The notes below the pieces were generated by a model, which saw only the letters and a program-made list of their open reading frames with translations, was not told the origin of the DNA and made no database searches. The translations under genes were made by a program, and so were the position numbers. Source: Patescibacteria group bacterium UBA6816 (GTDB lineage Bacteria > Patescibacteriota > Patescibacteriia > UBA2591 > UBA6264). Taken from it: 42,668 bases of DNA. Positions 18,572 through 27,624 of the stretch are shown here, piece by piece. Each line of letters starts with the position of its first letter. Position 1 is the first letter of the stretch. The stretch is from the NCBI GenBank assembly GCA_002452615.1, contig DKES01000014.1, positions 1 through 42,668 on the forward strand. The letters are read 5' to 3'.

Positions 18572-18604
18572 CACTTCCTCACAGGTGCGACCTGTGAGGA
18601 AGTG
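18572..18604. repeat. perfect inverted repeat, 15-bp arms with a 3-nt centre (CACTTCCTCACAGGT gcg ACCTGTGAGGAAGTG)
   Basis: Read directly from the sequence. A third CTCACAGG copy sits at 18556-18563. The element lies between two divergent promoters. Confidence 0.9.
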
Positions 18605-18644
18605 GGAATAGAGGAAAATTGATTAAATTAGGATTATTTTAGGC

Positions 18645-18673
18645 TTGTTTTATTTGTTTATTTTTGGTATAAT
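18645..18673 (+). promoter_or_regulatory. gyrB promoter (TTGTTT-N17-TGgTATAAT, extended -10)
   Basis: Hexamers at 18645-18650 and 18668-18673, with TG at 18665-18666. Confidence 0.55.
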
Positions 18674-18753
18674 AGATTAGGGATTGGGTGCTTGGGGATT
18701 GGGCAATAAATAGAAACATGAAAACATTAAAACATGAAAATATAAAAAATTAG

Positions 18754-20862
<2,109 letters not shown>

Positions 20863-20902
20863 TCTTGCCAAAAATAATTAAATCTGTTATCTTTTATGGG
20901 CT

Positions 20903-20922
20903 AGACCGCCTGCGGTCTTTTT
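20903..20922 (+). terminator. rho-independent terminator after gyrB
   Basis: AGACCG / CGGTCT stem with loop CCTG, followed by TTTT. Confidence 0.7.
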
Positions 20923-20978
20923 AAGAATCTGCTTGAGAACACTTTATCATTTTATTAAAAAAAATTAATTTAGATAAT

Positions 20979-21161
20979 ATGTTTGAAAAATTAAATAATT
21001 ATATTAAAAATTCCATTAAGGAGTTAAAAAGAGTTAGCTGGCCCACCAAAGACCAAGCGATTAAAAATACTTTTTTAGTGGTAGGAATTAGTTTAGGGGT
21101 GGCCGCCTTTTTGGGAATAGTTGATTTTTTTCTTACCAGAGTTTTACAATTAATAATTTAA
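20979..21161 (+). CDS. secE: preprotein translocase subunit SecE
   Basis: 60 aa with a single C-terminal TM helix and the ELKRVSWPTK motif. Lies directly upstream of nusG. Confidence 0.85.
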   Translation: MFEKLNNYIKNSIKELKRVSWPTKDQAIKNTFLVVGISLGVAAFLGIVDFFLTRVLQLII

Positions 21162-21199
21162 AATTAAGATTAAATTAGTTTAATAATCATTTTATAAAT

Positions 21200-21745
21200 A
21201 TGTCTAAACAAACACGAGAACAGGGTCGTCATTGGTATGCGATTCATGTTTATTCAGGATATGAGGAGACCGTGGCTGAAAATTTAAAACAAAGAGTTGA
21301 ATCCATGGATATGTCAGATAAAATTTTTAATATTTTAGTTCCGACTGAAAAAAGAATTAAAATTAAAAATGGCCGCCGAAAAACTATTAGGGAAAAAATT
21401 TTCCCCGGTTATGTTTTAGTAGAAATGATTGTTACTGATGATTCTTGGTATGTGGTAAGAAATACCCCTAATGTAACTGGTTTTATTGGTTCAGGGACTA
21501 CCCCAATTTCTTTAAATGAAGAAGAAATTAAGTCAATTCAAAAAAGAATGGGAGTGGAAGAGCCTAAATATAAGATAGACATTGACCCAGGAATGCCTGT
21601 TAGAATTATTGACGGACCTTTTAAGGGGTTTGAGGGCAAGGTTTCTAATGTAGACGAAGAAAGGGGACGGGTAAAAGTTTTAATTTCTGTTTTTGGGAGA
21701 GAAACACCTGCGGAATTAGACTTTCTTCAGATTAAAAAACTTTAA
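21200..21745 (+). CDS. nusG: transcription termination/antitermination factor NusG
   Basis: 181 aa. Has the NGN domain (HWYAIHVYSGYE, FPGYVLVEM) and the KOW motif (VRIIDGPFKGFEGKV). Confidence 0.95.
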   Translation: MSKQTREQGRHWYAIHVYSGYEETVAENLKQRVESMDMSDKIFNILVPTEKRIKIKNGRRKTIREKIFPGYVLVEMIVTDDSWYVVRNTPNVTGFIGSGTTPISLNEEEIKSIQKRMGVEEPKYKIDIDPGMPVRIIDGPFKGFEGKVSNVDEERGRVKVLISVFGRETPAELDFLQIKKL

Positions 21746-21764
21746 TTAGAATAAAAGATAAATA

Positions 21765-22190
21765 ATGGCTAAAAAAATAAAGACAATCTTAAAATTACAA
21801 ATTCCCGCTGGACAAGCTAATCCCGCTCCACCAGTTGGTCCGGCTTTGGGTCAACATGGTTTAAATATTGGTGAATTTTGTAAAAAATTTAATGACCAAA
21901 CTAAAGACCAAATGGGAAGTGTAATCCCAGTGGAAATAACTGTTTATGAAGACCGAACTTATGATTTTATTTTAAAAACTCCTTTAGCCGCGGAATTAAT
22001 TAAAAAAGCAGCCGGAATTGAAAAAGGTTCTGGCCAACCTTTACAAAAAAAAGTGGCTCGTATTAGCCGGAGCAAAATAAAAGAAATTGCCAAAGTAAAA
22101 TTACCAGATTTAAACACTGAAGACATTGACCAAGCAGCTAAAATTATTGAAGGAACGGCCCGACAAATGGGAGTAGAAGTTATTGATTAA
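21765..22190 (+). CDS. rplK: 50S ribosomal protein L11
   Basis: 141 aa with the motif [33 protein letters not shown]. Confidence 0.95.
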   Translation: MAKKIKTILKLQIPAGQANPAPPVGPALGQHGLNIGEFCKKFNDQTKDQMGSVIPVEITVYEDRTYDFILKTPLAAELIKKAAGIEKGSGQPLQKKVARISRSKIKEIAKVKLPDLNTEDIDQAAKIIEGTARQMGVEVID

Positions 22191-22288
22191 ATATTTAGGC
22201 ACTTAGGTAATTGGGCCACCAGTTAATTAGGATTTTATATTATTTAATCCCTAATTCCCAATCCCTAATCCTTAATTAACCAAATATT

Positions 22289-22963
22289 ATGCGTAGTAAA
22301 AAATATCAAGAAATTAAAAAAAAGATTGCCCCTAAAGATTATTCTTTAGAGGAAGCGATTGATTTTATTAAAGAAAATAAAGCGGCTAATTTTGAAGAGG
22401 CCGTAGAAATTCATTTTCGTTTAGGAATTAATCCTAAAAAAACAGAACAACAAGTTAAAGGGAGTTTAATTCTTCCTGGTGGAGAAGTGAAAAAGAAAAA
22501 AATTGCTGCTTTTGTTAGTCCGGAAAATGAAAAAGAGGCTCAAGAAGCAGGGGCTGATTTAGTCGGAGGAGGAGAATTAATTGAAAAAATTAAAAACGAA
22601 AAAAAGTGTGATTTTGATGTAGCTATTGCTGAACCCAAAATAATGAAAGATTTGTCTCAAATTGCCAAGATATTAGGTCCCCGAGGTTTAATGCCTAATC
22701 CTAAAACAAATACGGTTACCACAGACATAAAAAAAACAATGGCGGAGTTAAAACAAGGAAAAATTAATTTTAGAAATGATGCGGGAGGAAATATCCATCA
22801 AGCGATTGCTAAAGTTTCTTGGCCCAAAGAAAAAATTAAAGATAATATTGAGGCTTTTATTTTGGCAGTTAGAAAAGAAAAACCAGCCGGAGTAAAAGGA
22901 AATTTTATTAAAGGAATTACCTTGTCTTCTACTATGGGCCCAGGATTAAAAATAATATTTTAA
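22289..22963 (+). CDS. rplA: 50S ribosomal protein L1
   Basis: 224 aa with motifs FEEAVEIHFRLGINPKK, LGPRGLMPNPK and GKINFRND. Confidence 0.95.
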   Translation: MRSKKYQEIKKKIAPKDYSLEEAIDFIKENKAANFEEAVEIHFRLGINPKKTEQQVKGSLILPGGEVKKKKIAAFVSPENEKEAQEAGADLVGGGELIEKIKNEKKCDFDVAIAEPKIMKDLSQIAKILGPRGLMPNPKTNTVTTDIKKTMAELKQGKINFRNDAGGNIHQAIAKVSWPKEKIKDNIEAFILAVRKEKPAGVKGNFIKGITLSSTMGPGLKIIF

Positions 22964-22967
22964 AAAG

Positions 22968-23020
22968 TTTAGTCCGCCTTGTCTACCGGTAGGTAAGGTA
23001 GCTGGCGAACCAAGTTTTTT
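22968..23020 (+). terminator. structured GC-rich element with a T-run after rplA (probable operon terminator)
   Basis: An outer imperfect stem (GTCCGCC / GGCGAAC) encloses the CTACCGGTAG palindrome, followed by TTTTTT at 23014-23019. Confidence 0.4.
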
Positions 23021-23030
23021 CAAAGATAAT

Positions 23031-23726
23031 ATGAAAAAATTTAAAAAAGGGAAACTAATTATTCTAGAGGGAACAGATGGGTCAGGAAAAACAGTTCAAT
23101 TTGAACGTTTATTAAAACGTTTAAGAAAAATGAAAATTAAAGTTAAGAGTTTGGATTTTCCTCGTTATGATAAAGATTCTTCATATTTTGTAAAACAATA
23201 TTTAAATGGTAATTATGGAGATTGGAAAGAAGTGAGTGCTTATCGGGCTTCTCTTTTTTATGCTTTAGATAGGTTTGCAGCTCTTAATCAATTAAATAAA
23301 TGGTTAAAAGACGGAGAAGTAGTTATTGCTAATCGTTATGTGGCTTCTAATTTAGTTCATCAGGGTTTAAAAATTAAAAATAGTGCCGGACGAAAAAAAT
23401 TTTATCAATGGTTGTATAATTTAGAATATAATATTTTAGGTTTACCTTGTCCAGATTTAAATATTTTTTTACACGTTCCCGCGGAAATAGCCTTTAGATT
23501 AATTGACTATAAGAAAAAAAGAGAGTATTTGGGCAATAAAAAAAGAGATATCCATGAGCGGGATATCCTTCATTTAAAAAAGGCGGAAAAGATTTTTTGT
23601 GAAGTAGTTGATTTATATCCGCGAGATTTTAAAACCATTGAATGTACTCGTCAAGGGAAAATGTTATCTAAAGACGAGATTGAAAAAAAGACCTGGAAAT
23701 TAATTCAACGTATTTTAAAAAAGTAG
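23031..23726 (+). CDS. tmk: thymidylate (dTMP) kinase-like protein
   Basis: 231 aa. Has the P-loop ILEGTDGSGKT, a DRY-like NRYVASN motif and a lid-region arginine. Confidence 0.75.
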   Translation: MKKFKKGKLIILEGTDGSGKTVQFERLLKRLRKMKIKVKSLDFPRYDKDSSYFVKQYLNGNYGDWKEVSAYRASLFYALDRFAALNQLNKWLKDGEVVIANRYVASNLVHQGLKIKNSAGRKKFYQWLYNLEYNILGLPCPDLNIFLHVPAEIAFRLIDYKKKREYLGNKKRDIHERDILHLKKAEKIFCEVVDLYPRDFKTIECTRQGKMLSKDEIEKKTWKLIQRILKK

Positions 23727-23788
23727 GTGGCGTTAATTAAACTGATTTATCTTTTAATTTGGTTTATTTAAGGCCCTTTTTCTTTATA

Positions 23789-24718
23789 TTAAAGCCATTT
23801 TTTGTTTTTAAAGACGTGAAAAAGAAAAGCTAAAACAAGAATCATTAATCCAGTAATAAACCAAAAAGCAAAAGGATTATTAGAAAGGGGCATAAATTGT
23901 AAGTTCATACTAAAAATGCTGGCAATTAGAGTAATCGGAAGAATAATTGCAGAAATAGTGGTTAAAATTTTAATTACGTCATTTAATTGAAAAGAAATCA
24001 AAGAATTGTTAGTATTTTCAATAGCCTCAATGCTTTGTTTTAAATTTTCCACATTAGACCAAATATCTTCAGTACTTTCTAAAATTTCTTTAAGATATTC
24101 TTTATATTTAAGAGAAGGAAAAAATAATTCACCTTTGTTTGTTAGTTTCAAAATTACTGAACTATGAGCTTGCATTATTTTTCTAAAATTAACAATATTT
24201 GTTTTAGCAATTAAAATTTCTCGAACCATTTTTTTTTCGTAGCCTTTAAAAATATTTTCTTCAATACTGTTGATATTTGAATTAAGTGCATCAAGAATAG
24301 GAACACAATAATCAAAAAGATTCCGAAGAATTTCATAAAGAAGGACAGATGATTTTCCAGTTAAATACTTTTCCCGTTCCACAGAATTTATTTTACAGGA
24401 ATTGAAAAAATTCATAAGTGGATTTAATTCAGAACGATGAATCGTAATTAAATAATCAGGGCCAATAAAAAAATCTACCTCTGAGGGTTTAATTTTCCTT
24501 GTTTTTCTATTATAAACAGGGAAAAGAAGGACCATAAAAATGTAATTTTTTTCCAAGTCTAATTTAGGTCTTTGAATTTTAGAGAGACAATCATTAATGT
24601 GAGCCGAGCGCAAATCAAAATTTTGTTTTAAATGATGCATTTCCTCATAGTTGCACTGGGAAACATCTATCCAGGTAAAATTTTTATTTTTTATTTTTTG
24701 AATAGTAGGAGCATCCAT
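23789..24718 (-). CDS. corA: CorA-family divalent cation transporter (variant SMN pore motif)
   Basis: 309 aa. A cytoplasmic domain is followed by two C-terminal TM helices with F-SMN-LQFMP where YGMNF..MP is expected. Confidence 0.8.
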   Translation of the reverse strand: MDAPTIQKIKNKNFTWIDVSQCNYEEMHHLKQNFDLRSAHINDCLSKIQRPKLDLEKNYIFMVLLFPVYNRKTRKIKPSEVDFFIGPDYLITIHRSELNPLMNFFNSCKINSVEREKYLTGKSSVLLYEILRNLFDYCVPILDALNSNINSIEENIFKGYEKKMVREILIAKTNIVNFRKIMQAHSSVILKLTNKGELFFPSLKYKEYLKEILESTEDIWSNVENLKQSIEAIENTNNSLISFQLNDVIKILTTISAIILPITLIASIFSMNLQFMPLSNNPFAFWFITGLMILVLAFLFHVFKNKKWL

Positions 24719-24776
24719 ATAATTAAATTATTTTAGTTAATTATTATCCTTCTTTATTTTAACACTTTTTAATAGT

Positions 24777-24806
24777 TTGCCAAGATTAAAGAAAAAATGT
24801 TAAAAT
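24777..24806 (+). promoter_or_regulatory. promoter (TTGCCA-N18-TGtTAAAAT)
   Basis: Hexamers at 24777-24782 and 24801-24806. This argues against the TTG start at 24808. Confidence 0.5.
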
Positions 24807-24837
24807 ATTGCTGGAACATTCGTTTAGAATTTATTTT

Positions 24838-25515
24838 ATGATTTCTTCTCAATTTTTATCCTTCAAGATATATTTAATTGGCTTTTTAATTTTATTTTTA
24901 TTATTTTTTGTTTGTTGGTTTCCTTGGGCGGAAGTAAAATTAATAGTTAATCCTGAACCCTTGATTATGGATTTGGAAATTCAATTAGATACTCGGGCCC
25001 AAAAAATTTGTTTTAATCCGAGTATTTTACCGGCGCAAATAAGAGAAGAAAATCAAGAAGAATTTCCAGAATATTATTTTATCGAAAGTTTAAGAGAGGA
25101 GGGAAGTAATCGTATTTTTGTTTTTAAAAAAGAAGATTTAAAAGAATTGATTTCTTTGCAAACAGAAAAATTATTAAATAAAGAAAAGATGGAAAAACCA
25201 TTTAAAGACGGAAAAAGGGTTTTTTCTTTTCATCCAGAGCAATGGGAAATTAAATGTTTAAAAAAAGATTTTGTTTTAGAAAAAGCAACCATTAAAGTAA
25301 TTTTTTCAGAAGAAGTAGTCCCACGATATAATGAAGAACAACTTAAAAAGAAAATTCAATTTAAAAATATTTCTTGGGTTAGGGAAGAGTTAAAAAAATT
25401 TCCAGAAATAAAAGAAGTAGAAATTAATTCTTTTCCTAAGTTTTGGCCTCAAACCCCACTTTTTTCAAACCGGATTAATTTTTCCATTCAGTTATCAGAT
25501 AATCAAGATAATTAA
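24838..25515 (+). CDS. hypothetical membrane-anchored protein
   Basis: ATG at 24838 gives MISSQFLSFKIYLIGFLILFLLFFVCWF as the N-terminal TM segment. The rest is hydrophilic. No family recognised. Confidence 0.6.
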   Translation: MISSQFLSFKIYLIGFLILFLLFFVCWFPWAEVKLIVNPEPLIMDLEIQLDTRAQKICFNPSILPAQIREENQEEFPEYYFIESLREEGSNRIFVFKKEDLKELISLQTEKLLNKEKMEKPFKDGKRVFSFHPEQWEIKCLKKDFVLEKATIKVIFSEEVVPRYNEEQLKKKIQFKNISWVREELKKFPEIKEVEINSFPKFWPQTPLFSNRINFSIQLSDNQDN

Positions 25516-25523
25516 GAGTGGGG

Positions 25524-25551
25524 TTGACAGTATTTTTGAACCATGTAAAAT
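25524..25551 (+). promoter_or_regulatory. promoter of the infA-rpmJ-rpsM... operon (GGGTTGACA-N16-TAAAAT)
   Basis: Hexamers at 25524-25529 and 25546-25551. Confidence 0.55.
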
Positions 25552-25633
25552 AAATTGTACTTAAATAATAATTAATTAAACTAATTTTGAAAATTCTGAC
25601 AGAACAACAACTGTCAAGGTTTTACCACCTGGT

Positions 25634-25864
25634 ATGCCAGAAGGTCAAAAAACATCAAAAGATTTTTTAACTGCCGAAGGAATTGTAGAGGAATTATTGC
25701 CTGCTGCCACCTTTCGCGTTAAATTAGAAAATGGGAAAGAGATTTTAGCGCATCTTTCCGGAAAGATGCGCCTGCATCATATTAGAATATCTCCTGGGGA
25801 CCGGGTAAAATTAGAAATTAGTCCTTACGACTTAACTAAAGGTAGAATTGTTTACCGTAATTAA
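25634..25864 (+). CDS. infA: translation initiation factor IF-1
   Basis: 76 aa with the S1-like fold signature [49 protein letters not shown]. Confidence 0.93.
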   Translation: MPEGQKTSKDFLTAEGIVEELLPAATFRVKLENGKEILAHLSGKMRLHHIRISPGDRVKLEISPYDLTKGRIVYRN

Positions 25865-25873
25865 ACGGCAATT

Positions 25874-25987
25874 ATGAAAGTAAGAGCTTCGGTTAAAAAG
25901 ATTTGTCGCTCGTGTAAAATAGTGCGACGTGGTAAAAGGCTTTACGTTGTTTGTAAAAATCCTAAACACAAACAAAGGCAAGGATAA
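25874..25987 (+). CDS. rpmJ: 50S ribosomal protein L36
   Basis: Not in the ORF track. The hand translation is [37 protein letters not shown] (37 aa), in the canonical position between infA and rpsM. Confidence 0.93.
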   Translation: MKVRASVKKICRSCKIVRRGKRLYVVCKNPKHKQRQG

Positions 25988-26029
25988 CCGTTATTAACGG
26001 AGCTTATTTTATTTGTTTAAATTATTTTT

Positions 26030-26416
26030 ATGGCCAGAATTGTTGGTGTTAATTTACCTCCCCAAAAAAGAATAGAAATAGGTCTAACCTATATTTTTGG
26101 TATTGGCCGTAGTCGGTCAAATAAAATTTTAGAAAAAGTTAAAATAAATAAAGATAAAAAAGTCAAAGACTTAAGTGTTGAAGAAATAGAAGAATTAAGA
26201 AAAGTGGTGGATAGTTATCGAACCGAAGGGGTTTTAAAAAGAGATGTGAGAAATGACATTAAAAGGTTAAAAGATATTGGTTCTTATCGTGGTTCTCGAC
26301 ATAGCAAAAGATTGCCAGTTCGGGGACAGCGAACTAAAACTAATAGCCGAACCATTCGGGGAAATATTAGAAAAACAGCGGGCAGTGGAAGACGTCCGGC
26401 CGCCAAAAAAACATAA
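26030..26416 (+). CDS. rpsM: 30S ribosomal protein S13
   Basis: 128 aa with motifs MARIVGVNLP, LTYIFGIG and GSYRGSRH. Confidence 0.95.
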   Translation: MARIVGVNLPPQKRIEIGLTYIFGIGRSRSNKILEKVKINKDKKVKDLSVEEIEELRKVVDSYRTEGVLKRDVRNDIKRLKDIGSYRGSRHSKRLPVRGQRTKTNSRTIRGNIRKTAGSGRRPAAKKT

Positions 26417-26469
26417 TTTTAATAAAGGTTTTATAATTTTAAATAAAGGTTTTATAATTTTAAATAAAG
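26413..26469 (+). repeat. about 21-bp tandem repeat (ATAATTTTAAATAAAGGTTTT, roughly 2.8 copies) filling the rpsM-rpsK spacer
   Basis: Copies at 26413-26432 (20 nt), 26433-26453 and 26454-26469 (partial). The array begins at the rpsM stop codon and ends 1 nt before the rpsK ATG. Confidence 0.9.
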
Positions 26470-26470
26470 A

Positions 26471-26845
26471 ATGGCAAAGAAAAAGAAAATAATTAAAAAT
26501 ATTTTACGGGGCCAAGTTTATATAAAGGCCACTTATAATAATACCATTGTGACAATTGCTGATTCTTCTGGCAATGTTTTAGCTTGGTCTAATGCCGGGA
26601 AAATGGGATTTAAGGGTCCTAAAAAAGCAACTCCTTATGCTGCCAGTGTGATTGTTAGAGACGTTGTTGAAAAAGTTAAAGAAACCGGATTAAAAGATGT
26701 TCAGGTTTTTGTTAAAGGAGTAGGAATGGGAAGAGAGTCTGCCGTGCGCTCGCTTTATGCCAGTGGTTTGAATATAATTTCTATTAAAGATATTACCCCC
26801 TTACCTCATAATGGCTGTCGACCAAGAAAACCAAGAAGGGTATAG
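26471..26845 (+). CDS. rpsK: 30S ribosomal protein S11
   Basis: 124 aa with motifs [33 protein letters not shown] and [15 protein letters not shown]. Confidence 0.95.
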   Translation: MAKKKKIIKNILRGQVYIKATYNNTIVTIADSSGNVLAWSNAGKMGFKGPKKATPYAASVIVRDVVEKVKETGLKDVQVFVKGVGMGRESAVRSLYASGLNIISIKDITPLPHNGCRPRKPRRV

Positions 26846-26916
26846 CTATTGTTTTGCCACGGAAATAAAAAATAACAAATAATACCAAGTAACCAAAATT
26901 AAAAATTTAAAATGTT

Positions 26917-27543
26917 ATGTTAATTAATTCAAAGTGTAAAATTTGTCGCCGGGAAGGAAAAAAGCTCTTTTTAAAAGGAGAGCGTTGTTATAGTTCAAAG
27001 TGTGCTTTAATTAAAAGAAAATATCCCCCGGGAGCCCACGGACAAAAGGGTTACCCGCGTTTATCAGATTACGGTCGCCAATTAAGAGAAAAACAAAGTT
27101 TAAGGCGTTCTTATTATCTTTCAGAAAAACAATTTAAAGCTTATTTTGAAAAGGCAAAAAAAAGAGCTGGTAACACGGAAGAGAATTTTTTAAAGTTATT
27201 AGAACAAAGATTAGATAATGTTGTTTACCGGTCTGGTTTAGTAGATTCTCGCCGAGCGGCTCGACAAATAGTTTCTCATGGCAACATTTTGGTAAATGGC
27301 CGTAAAGTTAATATCCCTTCTTATCAAGTTAAAGTGGGGGATGAGATAAAAATTAAAGAAAAAAAGAACATTGTTAATCAAGTGAAAGAAAGAATGGGGA
27401 GTCATAAAAAAGAAAGCATTTTACCTCCGTGGTTAAGTTTAGATAGCAAAAAATATGAGATAAAAATTATTCAAGAACCAGACATTGAAAGTTTATTAAA
27501 AGAATATGAAATGGAATTAATTGTTGGTTATTATAGTCGATAA
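26917..27543 (+). CDS. rpsD: 30S ribosomal protein S4
   Basis: 208 aa. Has the N-terminal zinc ribbon CKICRREG...CYSSKC and an S4 RNA-binding domain (RLDNVVYRSGL...ARQIVSHGNILVNG). Confidence 0.95.
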   Translation: MLINSKCKICRREGKKLFLKGERCYSSKCALIKRKYPPGAHGQKGYPRLSDYGRQLREKQSLRRSYYLSEKQFKAYFEKAKKRAGNTEENFLKLLEQRLDNVVYRSGLVDSRRAARQIVSHGNILVNGRKVNIPSYQVKVGDEIKIKEKKNIVNQVKERMGSHKKESILPPWLSLDSKKYEIKIIQEPDIESLLKEYEMELIVGYYSR

Positions 27544-27611
27544 ATTATTTTATAGTCGATAAATTATTTTATAGTCGATAAATTATTTTATATATAGTTG
27601 ATAAATTATTT
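27532..27611 (+). repeat. 19-bp tandem repeat (TATAGTCGATAAATTATTT) x3 perfect plus one degenerate copy, spanning the rpsD stop codon
   Basis: Perfect copies at 27532-27550, 27551-27569 and 27570-27588. After a 4-nt TATA insert, a copy with one mismatch lies at 27593-27611. The first copy contains the last 3 codons and the stop of rpsD. Confidence 0.9.
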
Positions 27612-27624
27612 AATACATAAAAAT

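Noticed and set aside
20865-20893. Promoter-like TTGCCA-N17-TGtTATCTT overlapping the gyrB stop codon.
   Set aside because: It is followed within about 10 nt by the gyrB terminator hairpin, so a transcript from it would terminate at once. A second candidate (TTGAGA-N17-TAAAAA at about 20931-20959) is better placed for secE. Neither is strong enough to report as a feature.
23766-23779. 14-mer ATTTAAGGCCCTTT shared between the corA 3' flank and the 37816-37829 promoter spacer.
   Set aside because: Only two copies exist, in different functional contexts (a gene's 3' flank versus a promoter spacer). There are no flanking inverted repeats or target duplications. It is probably chance or a trivial remnant, and only a genome-wide count could revive it.
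26277-26492. 71-aa plus-strand ORF bridging the rpsM end and the rpsK start ([16 protein letters not shown]).
   Set aside because: It is an off-frame read-through of the S13 C-terminus and the intergenic tandem repeat. The repeated peptide is an artefact of the DNA repeat.
27532-27611. The tandem direct repeats here and at 26413-26469 were considered as a mini CRISPR array.
   Set aside because: The repeats are directly abutting with no spacers. The units (19-21 bp) are shorter than CRISPR repeats, and no cas genes or leader are present.
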